A stretch of 64,000 nucleotides of DNA from Hyaloraphidium curvatum SAG 235-1 (Eukaryota > Fungi > Monoblepharomycota), in NCBI GenBank assembly GCA_025558095.1, contig JAIVFI010000001.1:1178001-1242000 (forward strand). The letters are read 5' to 3'. Each line of letters starts with the position of its first letter. Position 1 is the stretch's first letter. Of this stretch, positions 44,121-56,233 are shown one piece after another. Position numbers and translations under genes: made by a program. The notes beneath the pieces were generated by a model, which worked only from the letters and a program-made list of their open reading frames with translations, was not told where the DNA came from and did not search any database.

Positions 44121-45872
44121 TTAGCACAGGTAGTTTTTGGGAACTGTGGAGCCGTACGCATCAGCAAACCGAAGAGTTGCGTCGTCAACCGAAGCCGTCG
44201 ACCCACCCGTGCCGCTCGTCGCGCCCTTCTTCTCCTGCTTGCCCGGTATCCCCTTCTTGAGCCAGCACTCCCCGCCCGCCGAGTCCGTGTTGTTCTCCCA
44301 CGTCCACGACTTGCACCTCGCCTCCCCGTGGCACAGCTCCGCGCACGCCTGCGGGGTGTCGGAGAACTGGTGGCGGTAGTCCATGCCCTGCCTGTTGACG
44401 TCCCTGTCCACGCGCGTGGCCATCTCCTTGCGCTCCTTTTCCGAGAGGAAGTTGGAGAAGATGCCGCCGTACGTGGTCGGCTGCCGCGCCTCGAGCTGCA
44501 CGCGGTCCACGTCGTAGAGCTTCTGGATCTGCCACGTCAGGAGGTGGTGGAACGTCGTGGGGCGGGAACACGGGTCTTCGGGCCACCACGACTTGGAGTT
44601 GGGCGGCTCGTTGTGGAAGTTGAGGTCCCTGTGGCCCTGCAGCAGGATCCCGGCGTCGCGGAGGCACAGCGCCGTGCGCACGTCGCCGGCCCAGCAGTCG
44701 CGGTAGCGCGCGATGCAGGCGTCGGCGATGGTGAGCATGCGGACGAGGGAGCCGCGGGACATCATGATGCCGGAGCCGCCGTGGGCAAACTGCGGGCCTT
44801 CGCCGTACTTGGAGACGCCGTCGCAGCCGACAAAGAGCTATAGAGACGGGCGGATGGTGAGTTGCGGGTCGGGCCCCGCGCAGGTAACGGGGCAGCTCAC
44901 CGTCGGGGCGCCAAAGTAGTACGAGCTGTCGGGATTCAGGCCCTCGACAGCCTTGGCGATGTTTTCGAGGAACAGATACGTGTCGTCGTCGATCATGAAG
45001 TACCAGTCCGCGTTGGGGAAGGCGTTCCACAGGTGCACGAACCCCGGCAGGTTCTTGTGCGCGTCCTTTTTCCACCCCTCGGCGGCATTGTCCGGCACGA
45101 TCGCGTCTTCCTTGCCGTGGTCCTCGTGCCGCCGGCGCAGCCGCTTGGCGCCCTTTGGCAGCTCGAGCTTCGGGGCGTGGAAGAAGGTCCGGTTCTCGGG
45201 CCGGTCCGCGTGCGGATCCAAGAAATCCGGGTGCGGCGGCTCCGTGTAGAGTGTGGAAAACACGTCGATCACGGGCCGCTCGCCGACGACGACGCCGGGC
45301 GCCTCGCCGATGAGGATCCAGTTGCGCACGTGGCGCAGGAACGAGGCGGCCTGAACCGGCACGCGCTGGTGGGCCGTGGCCGCGCCGGTCTTTACTGCGA
45401 TCGCAAACGAATCGTAGTTGGCGGCCTGCGGCACGAAGGTTGCCGGCCGCACGTGCTGTGCGAGGCGGGCGAGGAGCGCCTCCCTGGCCTTTTCCGAGCC
45501 CTTTGTCCGCAGCGACGCGTTGCGCCCGCCGCCGTCGCCAAGATCGAGCACGGCGTCCAGCCAGCCGTCGGCGAGGATCGCGTCGATGTCCGCGTCTGCC
45601 AGCGGCGGCGGGCGCCTCTCGCGCTCCTCGGCCGCGAGCAGCCGCCCCGCGATGCCGGCGACCCAGCTGCGCCCGTCCGCCGCGGCGCGCACATCGTCGA
45701 TGCTGAGACTGCGCCGCACGAGCAGCCACGCGACGGCGCCGGCCGTGATACACGCGGCAAAGAGCAGCCACGTCCGCACGGTTCCCCGCGACGACGGCCG
45801 CGACGACCGCCGCGGCGGCACGACCGGGCCGACGGTGTACTGCATCGGCAGGATCGGCCGCGCCCCCGACAT
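44121..45872 (-). CDS. GT31 (Fringe / beta-1,3-galactosyltransferase-like) glycosyltransferase with C-terminal PAN/Apple domain
   Basis: TM anchor, AIAVKTG, GWKKDAHKNLPG, DWYFMIDDDTYLFLEN, FAHGGSGIMMSR, AGDVRTALCL, PTTFHH. PAN-like ACAELC...CKSWTW...CWLK. Intron ~44839-44898. Confidence 0.88.
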
Positions 45873-46027
45873 GGCGGCGGGCGGCCGGAGCGACCGGGGT
45901 CAACGGGAAGGGGCGGTGAGCGTGCGCGGTTTCGCGGCGGTCCCGCGCCTCCTCCAAAGCGCGTCTTCTGGTCAACACACCCGGTATTTGAAGGCTGATC
46001 AGAGTTCGATTTTATTGCAAACACGCG

Positions 46028-47071
46028 ATGCGGATCGTGGCGAAGGACGCCGTGCCCGGCCTGCTGGACGTCGACGCGACGCTGCGGGCCAATGCGCTCG
46101 CGCTCCGTGCTTTGCACCTGCAGGAAGCACAGGTGCCGCTGCGGACCGTGTTGGACGTCAGAGACGGCACATCGCTGTTCATGCCCGCGTGCTACGCGCC
46201 GGCGGGCGGCGGAGGTTCCTCCGGCGACGTGCTGGGCGTCAAGATCGTCTCGGTCATGCCCCGCAACGCGGAGCGCGGCCTCCCGCCCGTCACGGGCACC
46301 CTGATCGTGATGGACCCCACCACCGGCGCGATCCGCGGGCTCGTGGACGCGGAGGAGTCCACGGCGTGGCGGACGGCGGCCGGCTCGGCGCTCTCTGCCC
46401 TCGCCTTCTTCCGGGGGCGAGAATCCGAGGCGCGGAAGCTCGTGGTCTTTGGCGCGGGGCCGCAGTCCCATGCCCACGTGAAGTTCCTGCTGCACGTGCT
46501 GCCCTCGATCGCCTCCGTCGCGGTCGTCGGGCGGTCCGCGGAAAAGCTGGCCGAGTTCGTCACCCATCTCGCCCCGGAGCACCCCGGGGCGTCCTTCGCC
46601 CACCTCCTCGCCTCTGACCCCTCCCTCACCCCCACCATCTCTGACGCCGACATCATTGCCGCATGCACCTCCAGCTCCGCCCCCCTGTTCGACGGCTCCC
46701 TCCCCAAGCCGGGCTGTCACGTTATTGCGGTTGGGGCATACCGCCCCACCACGCGGGAACTGGACGTCGCGCTGATGCAGCGGGCGTGGTGCGTCGCGTG
46801 CGACTCGGCGGCGGCGTGTGGGAAGGAGGCGGGGGAGCTGCAGGGCCTGGGCGAGCCGGGGAGGGCCGTCGATTTGGGGTCGCTCTACGGCGTCGAGGAC
46901 GGGCGCGCGGTGCCGGATGCCGCCAAGTTGGAGGGGCTACGGGCGAAGTACGGCGGAGCGGGGCGGGACCTGTCGGTGTACAAGTCGGTCGGGGTGGCCG
47001 TGCAGGACGTGTTCATGGGCGAGATGCTGCTCTCGCGGGCGGAGGAGCGCGGGATCGGGAACGTGGTGTGA
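46028..47071 (+). CDS. Ornithine cyclodeaminase / mu-crystallin family
   Basis: LFMPA, GVKIVSVMPRN, TAWRTAAGSA, FGAGPQS, ADIIAACTSS, HVIAVGAY, YKSVGVAVQD. Confidence 0.93.
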   Translation: MRIVAKDAVPGLLDVDATLRANALALRALHLQEAQVPLRTVLDVRDGTSLFMPACYAPAGGGGSSGDVLGVKIVSVMPRNAERGLPPVTGTLIVMDPTTGAIRGLVDAEESTAWRTAAGSALSALAFFRGRESEARKLVVFGAGPQSHAHVKFLLHVLPSIASVAVVGRSAEKLAEFVTHLAPEHPGASFAHLLASDPSLTPTISDADIIAACTSSSAPLFDGSLPKPGCHVIAVGAYRPTTRELDVALMQRAWCVACDSAAACGKEAGELQGLGEPGRAVDLGSLYGVEDGRAVPDAAKLEGLRAKYGGAGRDLSVYKSVGVAVQDVFMGEMLLSRAEERGIGNVV

Positions 47072-47154
47072 TGGTGTCGGATCAGGTGGCACGCGTGTGT
47101 ATCTGGATCGCCAAGAGAGCGATCCGCACGGGCTTTTGTCTACATCTACGGAAT

Positions 47155-48437
47155 CTAGAGGTTCGGGGTCTCGGCGATGCGGTCTGGAAGCTGTGTCACC
47201 AGACAGATCTCGGCGACCGCCGGGAAGCCACTCACAGACGCACTTCTCGCCGCTGATCTTGCCCTCTTCCAGGAGCTTGAGGCCCTCCTTGACGCCGGCG
47301 AGGCCGCCGGGGACAACGCGGACGACGTTGGGCTTGAACTTGCCCTCCTCGAGCCACTTGCCCTGCGAACGCGGTTCAGTCAACGCTCGCCCTCCCACAC
47401 ACGCGCAACACACCCACCAGCTGCCTGAACCACCGCTCGGCAAACTTGTCTTCCTTTCCGACCTCGTGCGCGGTTCCCACCATGGTCCAGCCCGTCGAGA
47501 TGACGTTCTTGGGCAGCGTGGCCTCGGCGTCGGGCTGCAGCGGCAGCACCGTCGTGATCTTGCCGCCCTGGGGCTGCATCGCCTCCCCGAGGTCCTTGAA
47601 CGACGTCGAGTCGCCCGAGGGTGCCGCGTGCGCGTCGTAGGCGACGGTGACCGAGGTGCCCGAGGTGGCGATGGCGGCCTTGAGCTGGCCGACGACGTCG
47701 GGGGTGCGGTAGTCGATCACGGCGTCGCAGCCGAGCTCCTTGGCGAGCTTGGCGCCCGAGCCGGCCACGCCGATCCTGCAACGAACGGTCGATCAGCTTT
47801 GCTGGGGCTAGAAAACGGCGGGAGGCTTTTCGCACACGTAGTACCCGGCGAGCTTCGCCAGTTGCACGGTGAAGGCGCCCACGCTCGAGCTGGCCGCCCA
47901 CACGAGCACACCCTTGCCCTTGGCCTCGGGGTTAGGCTTGCCGTCCGCCGTGGGCTCGACCATGCCGAGTTTTACAAAGAGGCCGATCGCAGCCGTCATC
48001 GCGGCCAGTGGGAGCGTGGCCGCGTCCTCGAAGGTGGTCTTGGGGCCAAGCGGGAAGGTCGTCCACGCCGGGCAGACGGACAGGGTCTGGTACGCGCCGT
48101 ACTGGTTGCCGGAGGCCATTTTGGTGAAGCCGGCCACCTTGTCGCCCTTCTTGAACTCGGTCACGCCCTCGCCGACGGCCTCGATGTGGCCCGCGACGTC
48201 GTTGCCCTACGATGGCCGTATGAGCTGTCGCCAGGTCGCTCGGAAGACAGAAGGTACCTCAATTCCCTCGTAGAACTTGAACTTGCTCAGCTTCCAGTCC
48301 TTGGGGTTCGATGCGACGGCCACGTTGCGGATCAGAACTTCATTCTTGCCGGGAACGGGCGGGAACGGCGTCTGCGGGTTGGGCTGCAGGACGGCACCCT
48401 CGGCCTGGGTGAGGACGACGGCGGGAGGGGCAGCCAT
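47155..48437 (-). CDS. MDR-superfamily enoyl-reductase-like oxidoreductase (zinc-type ADH-like)
   Basis: EVLIRNVAVASNPKDWK, GNDVAGHIEAVG, FEDAATLPLAAMTAAIGLF, VLVWAASSSVG, VIDYR, GKISGEK. About four short introns. Confidence 0.9.
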
Positions 48438-48646
48438 TGGGTCGACGGTTGCGAGGGTTGCGGAGGAGACGGCGACGGGACTAGGAATGCTTTGGGAGAA
48501 TAACGTGCCACGGGCTGTTCTTTGGGAGATGGTGCCACGGGCCGGGCCCGCTGTTTACCCGACTGCGAGGCGTCCGCCGTCGCTCACACGACCATGTCTC
48601 GGTCAGGAGGTATAATCAGCACACCAATACACGCTACATCAGCACG

Positions 48647-50434
48647 TCACGCCCTCCTCGACGCCTTTTTGGATGTCGCCTGCGGCTTCGCGATCCGCCA
48701 CAGTTCCGCCTCCCCGCTCTCGTCAGCATTATCCTCGTCGTCCGCGTCTGCGGGCGCCGGTTGATCGCGCCCGGATTCCTCCGACGTATCGTCCGCGAAA
48801 GCGGCTCCGTTGCCCGCGAGCTCCACGTCCGCGAGGTGTCCCGTCGAGGAGGCCGATTCGGCGCCGTCGAGGCGCAGTGGAGGCTTCTTCTTGCTCTTGG
48901 CCTTCTTCTTCTTCGCTTTAGCTGCCGCAACCCCGGGAGCATCGGCGGGCGCCGATTCCTGTCCGGTGACGGTCTCCTGCTCCTCGAGAGCAGCCACAAC
49001 CATCTTCTCTCTTTCCTCTTCCGTAATCGTTCGCACCACGTAGCCCTCCGAGCCTCTCCGCACATGTCGCGGGCCTTCGTCGGCCGCCTTCGCGCTCCCA
49101 AGCTCAACGTCCGCATCCAGCTGGACCGGCGCCGCCGGATCGTCGTACCGCGGTGGCGGGGGGGGAGCCGCGCCGTGGCCTTTCTTCTTCCCGTAAAAGT
49201 CGTAGTACTCGGGCGGCGGGTACATGACCACGACGTGCTTCCGCCCGCCGTGCTCCACGATGGTTCCGTTGCGCCGCGCCGTCTCGTTGACCTCGAACTG
49301 GATCCCGTCGCCCTCGGGGGCCTGCGGCAGGAACCACAGCCACGGGTTTGAGCCGAGGACCTGCTTGAAATTGCGGTACCAGCCCAGGTCGTAGGGTACG
49401 CGGGCGCGCTCGGCAGGCAGCCGGCCCTTTTCGACCAGCTTGTCCATGCGCTCCTTCTCGAACGTCTCGATGGTCGTCGTGTTGACGCCGAGGTAGTAGG
49501 TCTGGAACAGCGTGAGGATAAAGACCGTGAAAAGGAGGACGGCGCAGAGGATGATGTTGCAGATCATGAAGACGAGCTCCGAGAGTCCCGCCTGGGGAGT
49601 CGCGTACTTGGCCAGGTCCGCGGCGCCCTCCGTGTGTGGCCACGGGGTGCGGTAGTACCGGTCGAGGGCGTTGTTGAGGCTCACGAGCGCGTAGATCCGC
49701 ATGCCGATGAGGGAAAGGTTGTAGATGACGCCGAACGAGGTAAAGACGAGGAAACGATAGAAGTGGCCCAGGTTGTTTTGGCCGACGCACACGTTGACCC
49801 AAGGGCCTGCGAGACGAAAGTTAGCAGGCACCAGGCCCATTTCGGTGATACACCCACAGTGGTGGTCCATTTTCAGAACGCAAATATTGCAGTCGCTACA
49901 GTGGTGCGAGCGCGGAGGCTTGTAGCACTGGCAGGTCTTGCAGTACCGCGGCTCGCTCGTGCTCTTCTTGAGCTCCAGCACCATGGCAACAATCTCCTCC
50001 CCCTGCGACTCCCGGCGAGACCCGTCGCCCTTCTTCCCCTTGTTCTTGCGCCGCATGGTCCCATCCCGATCAGCTTTTCCGTTGCCGGTCGCGCTCTCCA
50101 CCAGCGGCTTGTCCGGCGCGTCGTCGTCCGAGACCTCGGCCTCCTCGTCGTCCTTGCTGTGGGCGACCCTGCCTCGCCACGGATCGTAGCCCTTCGGCGT
50201 CGTGCCAGGACCCGTGTACATGGTCAACCAGTAGTACACCCAGAGCGCAAACACGGCGACGTGGAACGGCAAGGTCAGCTTGAAGTAGGTCCCGACCGAG
50301 TAGTAGGTGAGCCAGGGCCAGAAGATGTACACATTCGACGTGACGGGGATAAAGGTAATGAGGAAGAGGACGAACGTGACAAAGCCGAAACCCTCCCAGG
50401 TCTTGAACCCGAGCGGCGGTCGGCAGCAACCCAT
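48647..50434 (-). CDS. DHHC palmitoyltransferase (PFA4/ZDHHC6-like)
   Basis: RYCKTCQCYKPPRSHHCSDCNICVLKMDHHC|PWVNVCVG (in-frame intron), NTTTIE, PYDLGWYRNFKQVLG, GDGIQF. Confidence 0.93.
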   Translation of the reverse strand: MGCCRPPLGFKTWEGFGFVTFVLFLITFIPVTSNVYIFWPWLTYYSVGTYFKLTLPFHVAVFALWVYYWLTMYTGPGTTPKGYDPWRGRVAHSKDDEEAEVSDDDAPDKPLVESATGNGKADRDGTMRRKNKGKKGDGSRRESQGEEIVAMVLELKKSTSEPRYCKTCQCYKPPRSHHCSDCNICVLKMDHHCGCITEMGLVPANFRLAGPWVNVCVGQNNLGHFYRFLVFTSFGVIYNLSLIGMRIYALVSLNNALDRYYRTPWPHTEGAADLAKYATPQAGLSELVFMICNIILCAVLLFTVFILTLFQTYYLGVNTTTIETFEKERMDKLVEKGRLPAERARVPYDLGWYRNFKQVLGSNPWLWFLPQAPEGDGIQFEVNETARRNGTIVEHGGRKHVVVMYPPPEYYDFYGKKKGHGAAPPPPPRYDDPAAPVQLDADVELGSAKAADEGPRHVRRGSEGYVVRTITEEEREKMVVAALEEQETVTGQESAPADAPGVAAAKAKKKKAKSKKKPPLRLDGAESASSTGHLADVELAGNGAAFADDTSEESGRDQPAPADADDEDNADESGEAELWRIAKPQATSKKASRRA

Positions 50435-50734
50435 GGCTCGTCAAGGGCGCGACCAGAGTGGCTCAGGTCCAAACACGAGCGCCGAATGGCACGGGGAAAG
50501 CAGTAGCGCCGCTGAGCCGGAAACACGGATTTGATCCGCAGAGGGCCCCCACGCAGGCCCACGGCCGCGCTCCGAACTACCAGAACGATTTGCAGCTGTC
50601 CACTGGAGGCCGCAGGAACAAAGAAATCGGAAGTTCGGCCGACGCGCGACGGCGCCTGGAACTGGCGAGGGATTTCGCGGGCGCAAGCACTCACGCCGAC
50701 GGCAGCGGAGTTGGCGCAAAGAAACAACTACTGA

Positions 50735-52528
50735 ATGCAAATGGACGCAGAGGATGGCGACGGGATCGTCGAGGTGGCCCCTACGCGGCCGGCTGCCTCG
50801 CTGCCGATCGAAGTCCTCCTCAACTGTTTCGGACGCCTGGGCAAGCGGGACGTATTCGCTATCGCAACTGTCAACCGGCATTGGAGCAGTGCAGCCGTAC
50901 TGATGCTTTGGGCGGAGGTGGATCTATCCTCCGTGTCGACGACAAAGGCCGGGATCCGTTTGAGCCTGCTCGACCGCGTGGGCAAACCTCTTTCGGGCCC
51001 TTCGAGCCCGCAAAAGACGGAGTCGTCGCCGACCACGGATGCACCGGCAAGCCTGCCGCCAGATCCGTCGGGCGGACTGGACTACGGCTCAATCGTGAAG
51101 GTGCTCACGGCCCGCAGCTGCGATGTCGGGTCCTTGAAGGGCATCTTTGCCAAATGCCGTGCGATTACGCGCCTCGATCTCGCGAGATCAACATTCCGAT
51201 CCCTGCCGAAATCGTTCGACGACGTGTCGGCGTCGCCGTTTGCCTGTTTCGCCGCGACGCTGCGCGCGCTCGACGTCTCCCAGTGCGTCCTCCCCGGGGG
51301 CCGCGAGCATGCCATCCTCGGACTGCTCGCGCTGCATGCGGGGACGCTGGAGAGTCTTAAGATGCACTACACCAGCCTGCGCACATCGGACATCGTCGAC
51401 TTCTTCTGTGGCCCACAGGGAGGCGAATCGGACGAATCGGAAGCCGAGACGCCGAGTTCGGGGCCCCCGCACTTCCGCTCGCTCAACGAGCTTTTCATCG
51501 GCGCGCACCGGGCCAGGTTCACCCCGGAGCAGGGACTGCGGCTCGCCGAGCGCCTGACACCGCGGCTGAAGTCGCTGGGCCTTTTTGGCCAGGACAGGGC
51601 CCTCCTCAAGGACTTTCTTCCGCGCTGCGCGGATCTGGAGACTCTTACCCTGGGGGCCACCGAGTTTCGTCCGCTCGGACGGTTCGCCGAGGCGGCGCAG
51701 GGAATCATTGGGCTCATGACGCAGGCTTTCCGCGCCGAGCTGCCTTGTTCCGACGGGTCTGGCGAGGGCAAAGCGGACAACGTCCCTGCCGAACTTGTTC
51801 CTGAGCCGCCCGTCGTGCCGCCGATCAAGCGGCTCTTTCTTTTCGGCGGGTACTGGACGCTCCCCCTCCTGGAAGCCATGGCCGATCGCCTCCGCGGCTC
51901 GCTACGTCACCTCGCCGTCTCCAACTTCACCTCCGTTTTCCGCGAGCGCGCGGGAAGTTATTTTTGCCGCAACTCTTTGGACGGCGTGAGCGCAATGGCG
52001 GCGTACCTGAACCGGCTCGAGATCCTCGACGTGCACGTGCCGAAAGACCTCCTCCCCTCGGGCGTGCAGGGCCTCGTTGCGATCGCGGCCGGGGCGGGAG
52101 CGAAGCTATCCACGGCACGTTTCCGCAGCGCGATTGAAGACGGCTCTGACGGCTTCGGCGAGCTGGACGAGGGGATCGCGGGCCTCCAACCCGAGGCGCT
52201 CGAACCGATTGCTGCAACGCTCGAAACGCTCGAGCTGCCCGCGCTGTTCTTTGACGGTCCACCGGCGTTCCTCGCGGCCGTAAAGCCGCTGGCGCGGCTG
52301 CGGGAGCTGTCCCTGCGGGACGTCAACAAGGACACGTACGATTCGATCCTCGCCGTGTTTGAGGACGGGGCGGAGGAGGCGAGGAGGTTCCGCGGGGACG
52401 CGGTGTTTGCGAGGAAGCAGGTGCTGAACCGTTTCGGCGCGATCGCAAAGGAAAGGACCGTGGCGATCAGGAGCAGGGGTGCGATCGAGCAGCTCCTTTT
52501 GGAATTGTCAGCGACCGACGATGAATGA
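50735..52528 (+). CDS. F-box / RNI-like leucine-rich repeat protein
   Basis: SLPIEVLLNCF...ATVNRHWSSAAVLMLW, DYGSIVKVL, repeated LxxLxL units. Confidence 0.75.
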   Translation: MQMDAEDGDGIVEVAPTRPAASLPIEVLLNCFGRLGKRDVFAIATVNRHWSSAAVLMLWAEVDLSSVSTTKAGIRLSLLDRVGKPLSGPSSPQKTESSPTTDAPASLPPDPSGGLDYGSIVKVLTARSCDVGSLKGIFAKCRAITRLDLARSTFRSLPKSFDDVSASPFACFAATLRALDVSQCVLPGGREHAILGLLALHAGTLESLKMHYTSLRTSDIVDFFCGPQGGESDESEAETPSSGPPHFRSLNELFIGAHRARFTPEQGLRLAERLTPRLKSLGLFGQDRALLKDFLPRCADLETLTLGATEFRPLGRFAEAAQGIIGLMTQAFRAELPCSDGSGEGKADNVPAELVPEPPVVPPIKRLFLFGGYWTLPLLEAMADRLRGSLRHLAVSNFTSVFRERAGSYFCRNSLDGVSAMAAYLNRLEILDVHVPKDLLPSGVQGLVAIAAGAGAKLSTARFRSAIEDGSDGFGELDEGIAGLQPEALEPIAATLETLELPALFFDGPPAFLAAVKPLARLRELSLRDVNKDTYDSILAVFEDGAEEARRFRGDAVFARKQVLNRFGAIAKERTVAIRSRGAIEQLLLELSATDDE

Positions 52529-52592
52529 GATTCTTGATCCTCGGGCGGTGCAATGAGTCTGTGATCGACACGCGACGTGTCAACATCTCGAG

Positions 52593-53907
52593 ATGGCCGC
52601 GACTCCGAGCCCGACTGAGGTCCTGCTCGTCGAGAAACACGTCAAGTACATTCAGGAACTCGACACGGTGCTCCCTGCTGCCCGGAACGCGCAACGCCGG
52701 GGGTCCTGACGCGCAGTTTCTCGACAGCGGACGGATGAGTTCGAGTACTGGCTCGCAGAGCACCTCCGCCTTAGCGGCCTATATTGGGGTCTGACAGCGC
52801 TCGATTTGATGGACCGAGCGGACGCGCTGGACCGCGTTGCCGTGGTGGACTTCGTTCGGAGGTGCCAGCACCCCGGCGGCGGATTCGGCGGCAGCCCGGG
52901 GCACGACCCGCACATGCTGTACACGCTGAGCGCGCTTCAAGTACTGGCCATTCTGGACGCGTTGGACGGCGTGGACGCGGAGAAGGCGGCAGAGTGTGGG
53001 TGGTGTCCCTTGAGGGGACGCGGGCAACCAACCTGGGCGCCTTTCGCAGACATCCTGGGGCTGCAGCAGCCCGACGGCACGTTCGCCGGGGACAAATGGG
53101 GCGAGATCGACACCCGCTTCACGTACTGCGCGCTGCAGGCGCTGGCGATCCTGGGGAAGCTCGGGGAGCTGGACCTGGCCAAGATCGCGGCGCGGCTGCG
53201 CGAGTGCATGAATTTTGACGGGGGTTTCGGCAACGTGCCGGGGGCCGAGAGCCATGCCGGCCACAGTGGGTCGCTTCGTTGGCGGTGGAGGCGGGGATCA
53301 CTGACCATTTGCCACCACCGACCAAACCCAGTATTTACGTGCGTCGGGGCGCTCGCCATCGCGGAACGGCTCGAGTTGGTGGACGCAGATCTGCTCGGAT
53401 GGTGGCTCGCCGAGCGGCAGCTCCCCAACGGCGGCCTGAACGGCCGGCCGGAGAAGCTCGAGGACGTGTGCTACTCGTGGTGGGTCCTGTCCTCCCTCAG
53501 CGTGCTGGACAGGCTCGGATGGATCGACGGGGGCAAGCTCAAGCGGTTCATACTGTCGTGCCAGGTGGGGATCGCCGTCCGGTGCGGTGCGTCGGATCTC
53601 CGCCTTCCCGCTAAGATTAGTCACCCCATTTGGTTTTGGGGTCCTCGTCCGGCCACCAGGACGGCGAGGCCGGCGGCATCGCAGACCGACCGGGCGACAT
53701 GCCCGATGTGTTCCACACGCTTTTCGGCGTCGCTGGTGGGTTTTGTGCGCGGTTGTTCAGTCAGGGGTCCTTAGCGCCACTCCGCCAGGGCTCTCGCTTC
53801 TAGGGTACCCGGGCCTGAAGGCGGTTGACCCCGTGTACTGCCTGCCGGCCCACGTGGTTGATCGGATGGGGCTCCGAAAGAGCTCTTGGAGCGAGTACTT
53901 TGCATAG
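52593..53907 (+). CDS. BET2: Rab geranylgeranyltransferase (type II) beta subunit
   Basis: [95 protein letters not shown]. Five short introns. Confidence 0.95.
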
Positions 53908-54404
53908 ACGTGGTTCGTCCGTTGGCTTTGCGTGGTCGGCAGAGGGGTCGGGTGGAAATCTCGGCCCGCCCCTGCCGACCGCCCGAGTCTATTGCTTGCG
54001 CTGACTCGCACGGCCTGCACCATTTTCGCGCCGCCGCCCCGCGCTAGCCCGTCGCTTTAGGGCGGACCGATATAAGAAGCCTGCTGCGCGGCGTGAGCCG
54101 GCTCCGTGCCGCCGCCGGACTCTCCAATCTCGCGGCATCTCCCGCGGACCGCATAGATCCGTGACGCGGTCCCGCAGGTCAGTGCCCGCCGGCCGCCGCC
54201 GCTCCGCATTTTATTCGGCCGATATTGACATTCGTCCCGCCGCTCCGCCCGCCGCCGCCCGCCGCTGCCACGCAGGCCGGTCGCCGCTCCGGAACATTGC
54301 CCCCGCAGAAAACGGCGTCCCCCACCGCCGCCCGCCTCGTGTGCCGCGCCCGGATGCGCCTGCCCCGGCAATTTTAGCCTTTCTCCGAGCCGATCCGTAC
54401 CGCA

Positions 54405-55924
54405 ATGGGCGACGTGGCGGTGTTCGCGCCCGCTCCGCCGGGTGCCCGCCCCCCAATCGCCACAACCGGAGATCTGGGCGCATTTCCGTACCCGCATGCC
54501 GCCGATGAGAAGCTCCGCACCCATCTGCCGTCATTCGATCACCTGCTGAGCCCCGGCTGGGGCACCGGGGTCCAGATGCCCCCGCACTCGGGACTGTTCC
54601 CCGGACCGCATCCTCCGCCGCACCCGAACCCCTACCCCGCGGGATCTCCCGCTGCCTACTCGTATCCCGGACCCGCGGACAATGCTCCCTCCCCACTCGA
54701 GAGCATCCGCAACCTCGTCGCCGCCGGCGCCATCCGCAGCCCCGCCTCCCAGCCGCGCGATGCCTTCTCCGACACCGAGAGCGCCGGCAACCCGCCTCCC
54801 TTCCCGCGGCGCGGCTCCTCCGCGATGCACGAAAACACGGTCTGCAGCTACTGCGCCACGACCAAAACGCCGCTGTGGAGGCGGTGCCCCGTGTCCGGGG
54901 AACCGATATGCAACGCGTGCGGGCTGTCGGTCAAGGCCAGGGGCGGGCAGCCGCCCGCGAGGCGCGACGTGCCGGCGCCGCGGCTCGAGGGGGCGGTGGC
55001 GCTGGCGGCGGATGCGGTGCCGGGGCCGAACGGCGGGGATGCGCCCGTGCCGCGGAGGGGCACGCCCAAGCCGCGCAGGCGCAAGCGGGCTGACGACGAG
55101 TCGGTCCAGGGCTCGGGGAGCGCCGAGTCGGTCGCCAGCGGCGAGCAATCGGATGCTTCGCCCAAGCCCAAGAAGCAGAGGCGGAAGAAGTTCGACGCCT
55201 CTAGCATGGTGAGCCCCGCTCTCGCGGACGGCCAGCCGTACGAGGCGCCCAAGAGCGAGGAAAAGCTGTGCCACAACTGCGGTGCGACCAACACCCCGCT
55301 TTGGCGAAGGGATGACGACGGGAGCACGATCTGGTGCGTTGCGATCCGCTACAGTTTCGCACCGACTCTTGGTAACCTTGTGTTTTTCCTTCCAGCAACG
55401 CCTGCGGGCTGTGGAAAAAGCTGCACAACGCCGACAGGCCGGTGACGGGCGAGAACAAGCCCATCAAGCGCCGGCGCAGGTTCCCCGCCGGGGTCGTGGA
55501 CCCGCTCCGCCCCGGGGGCGCGCCGCAGAAAAAGGCCCGCAAGGGGGCCGCCTCCCAGCCCGATGCGATGCACAAGCTCGAGCACCTTGAATCCTACGCC
55601 AAACCGCGCCGCACCTCTCCCGGCGCCCCCTCGGAGGCCTCCTCCTGGGGCGGCCACGGCGTGGAGGATTATCCCTCCCCCAGCACCTCGGCTGCCTCCC
55701 TCGCCGGATACCCGCAGCACAACGCGATGCGGAACCGGTACTCCCTGCCCGCCGCGCCTCCGTTCCCTCCGCCCATGACGCCTCCGCGGTCGCCCTCGGA
55801 CCGGTCGTCGCTGGGCGAGCCCCCGGTCACGGGAGCGCCGCCGCAGGGCATGTTCCACCCGATCCCGGAGGTGGACCCGCTGGCGATGCTGGCGAGCGTG
55901 TCGATGGCGATCCTGTCGGCGTGA
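54405..55924 (+). CDS. GATA transcription factor with two zinc fingers
   Basis: CSYCATTKTPLWRRCPVSGEPICNAC (C-x2-C-x18-C-x2-C) and CHNCGATNTPLWRRDDDGSTI|CNACGLW (x17, split by intron ~55333-55396); basic tail IKRRRR. Confidence 0.9.
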
Positions 55925-56233
55925 TCGGCCGTTTGCGGACGGTTGTACATATCGTACATAGCACCCCGGATCCCCCGTGGGCCGGGGCGAAAAAGCGGCG
56001 GCGCCGCACGAAAAAGCATTCTGTATTCCTAGAGCACGAATGCACTGTACAGTCTTTTCCTGCTGCTTTGTTCCGTTCCGGGCAAAGATCGACGTTGATG
56101 GATGACACGCGCCAATCTCTGCGCCACCGCGTCCTCGCCCACCTGACCTCTTGGAACCCCGCTCCTGCGTTCTGCATAGCCCCTAACCGCTCGAGATATC
56201 GAGTGGACGACGGCGCTCCTCTCTGCGGGCCGT

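Noticed and set aside
42526-48437. Metabolic gene cluster (sugar-acid kinase, GT31, OCD, MDR reductase)
   Set aside because: No coherent shared pathway or backbone enzyme. Adjacency is expected in a gene-dense genome.
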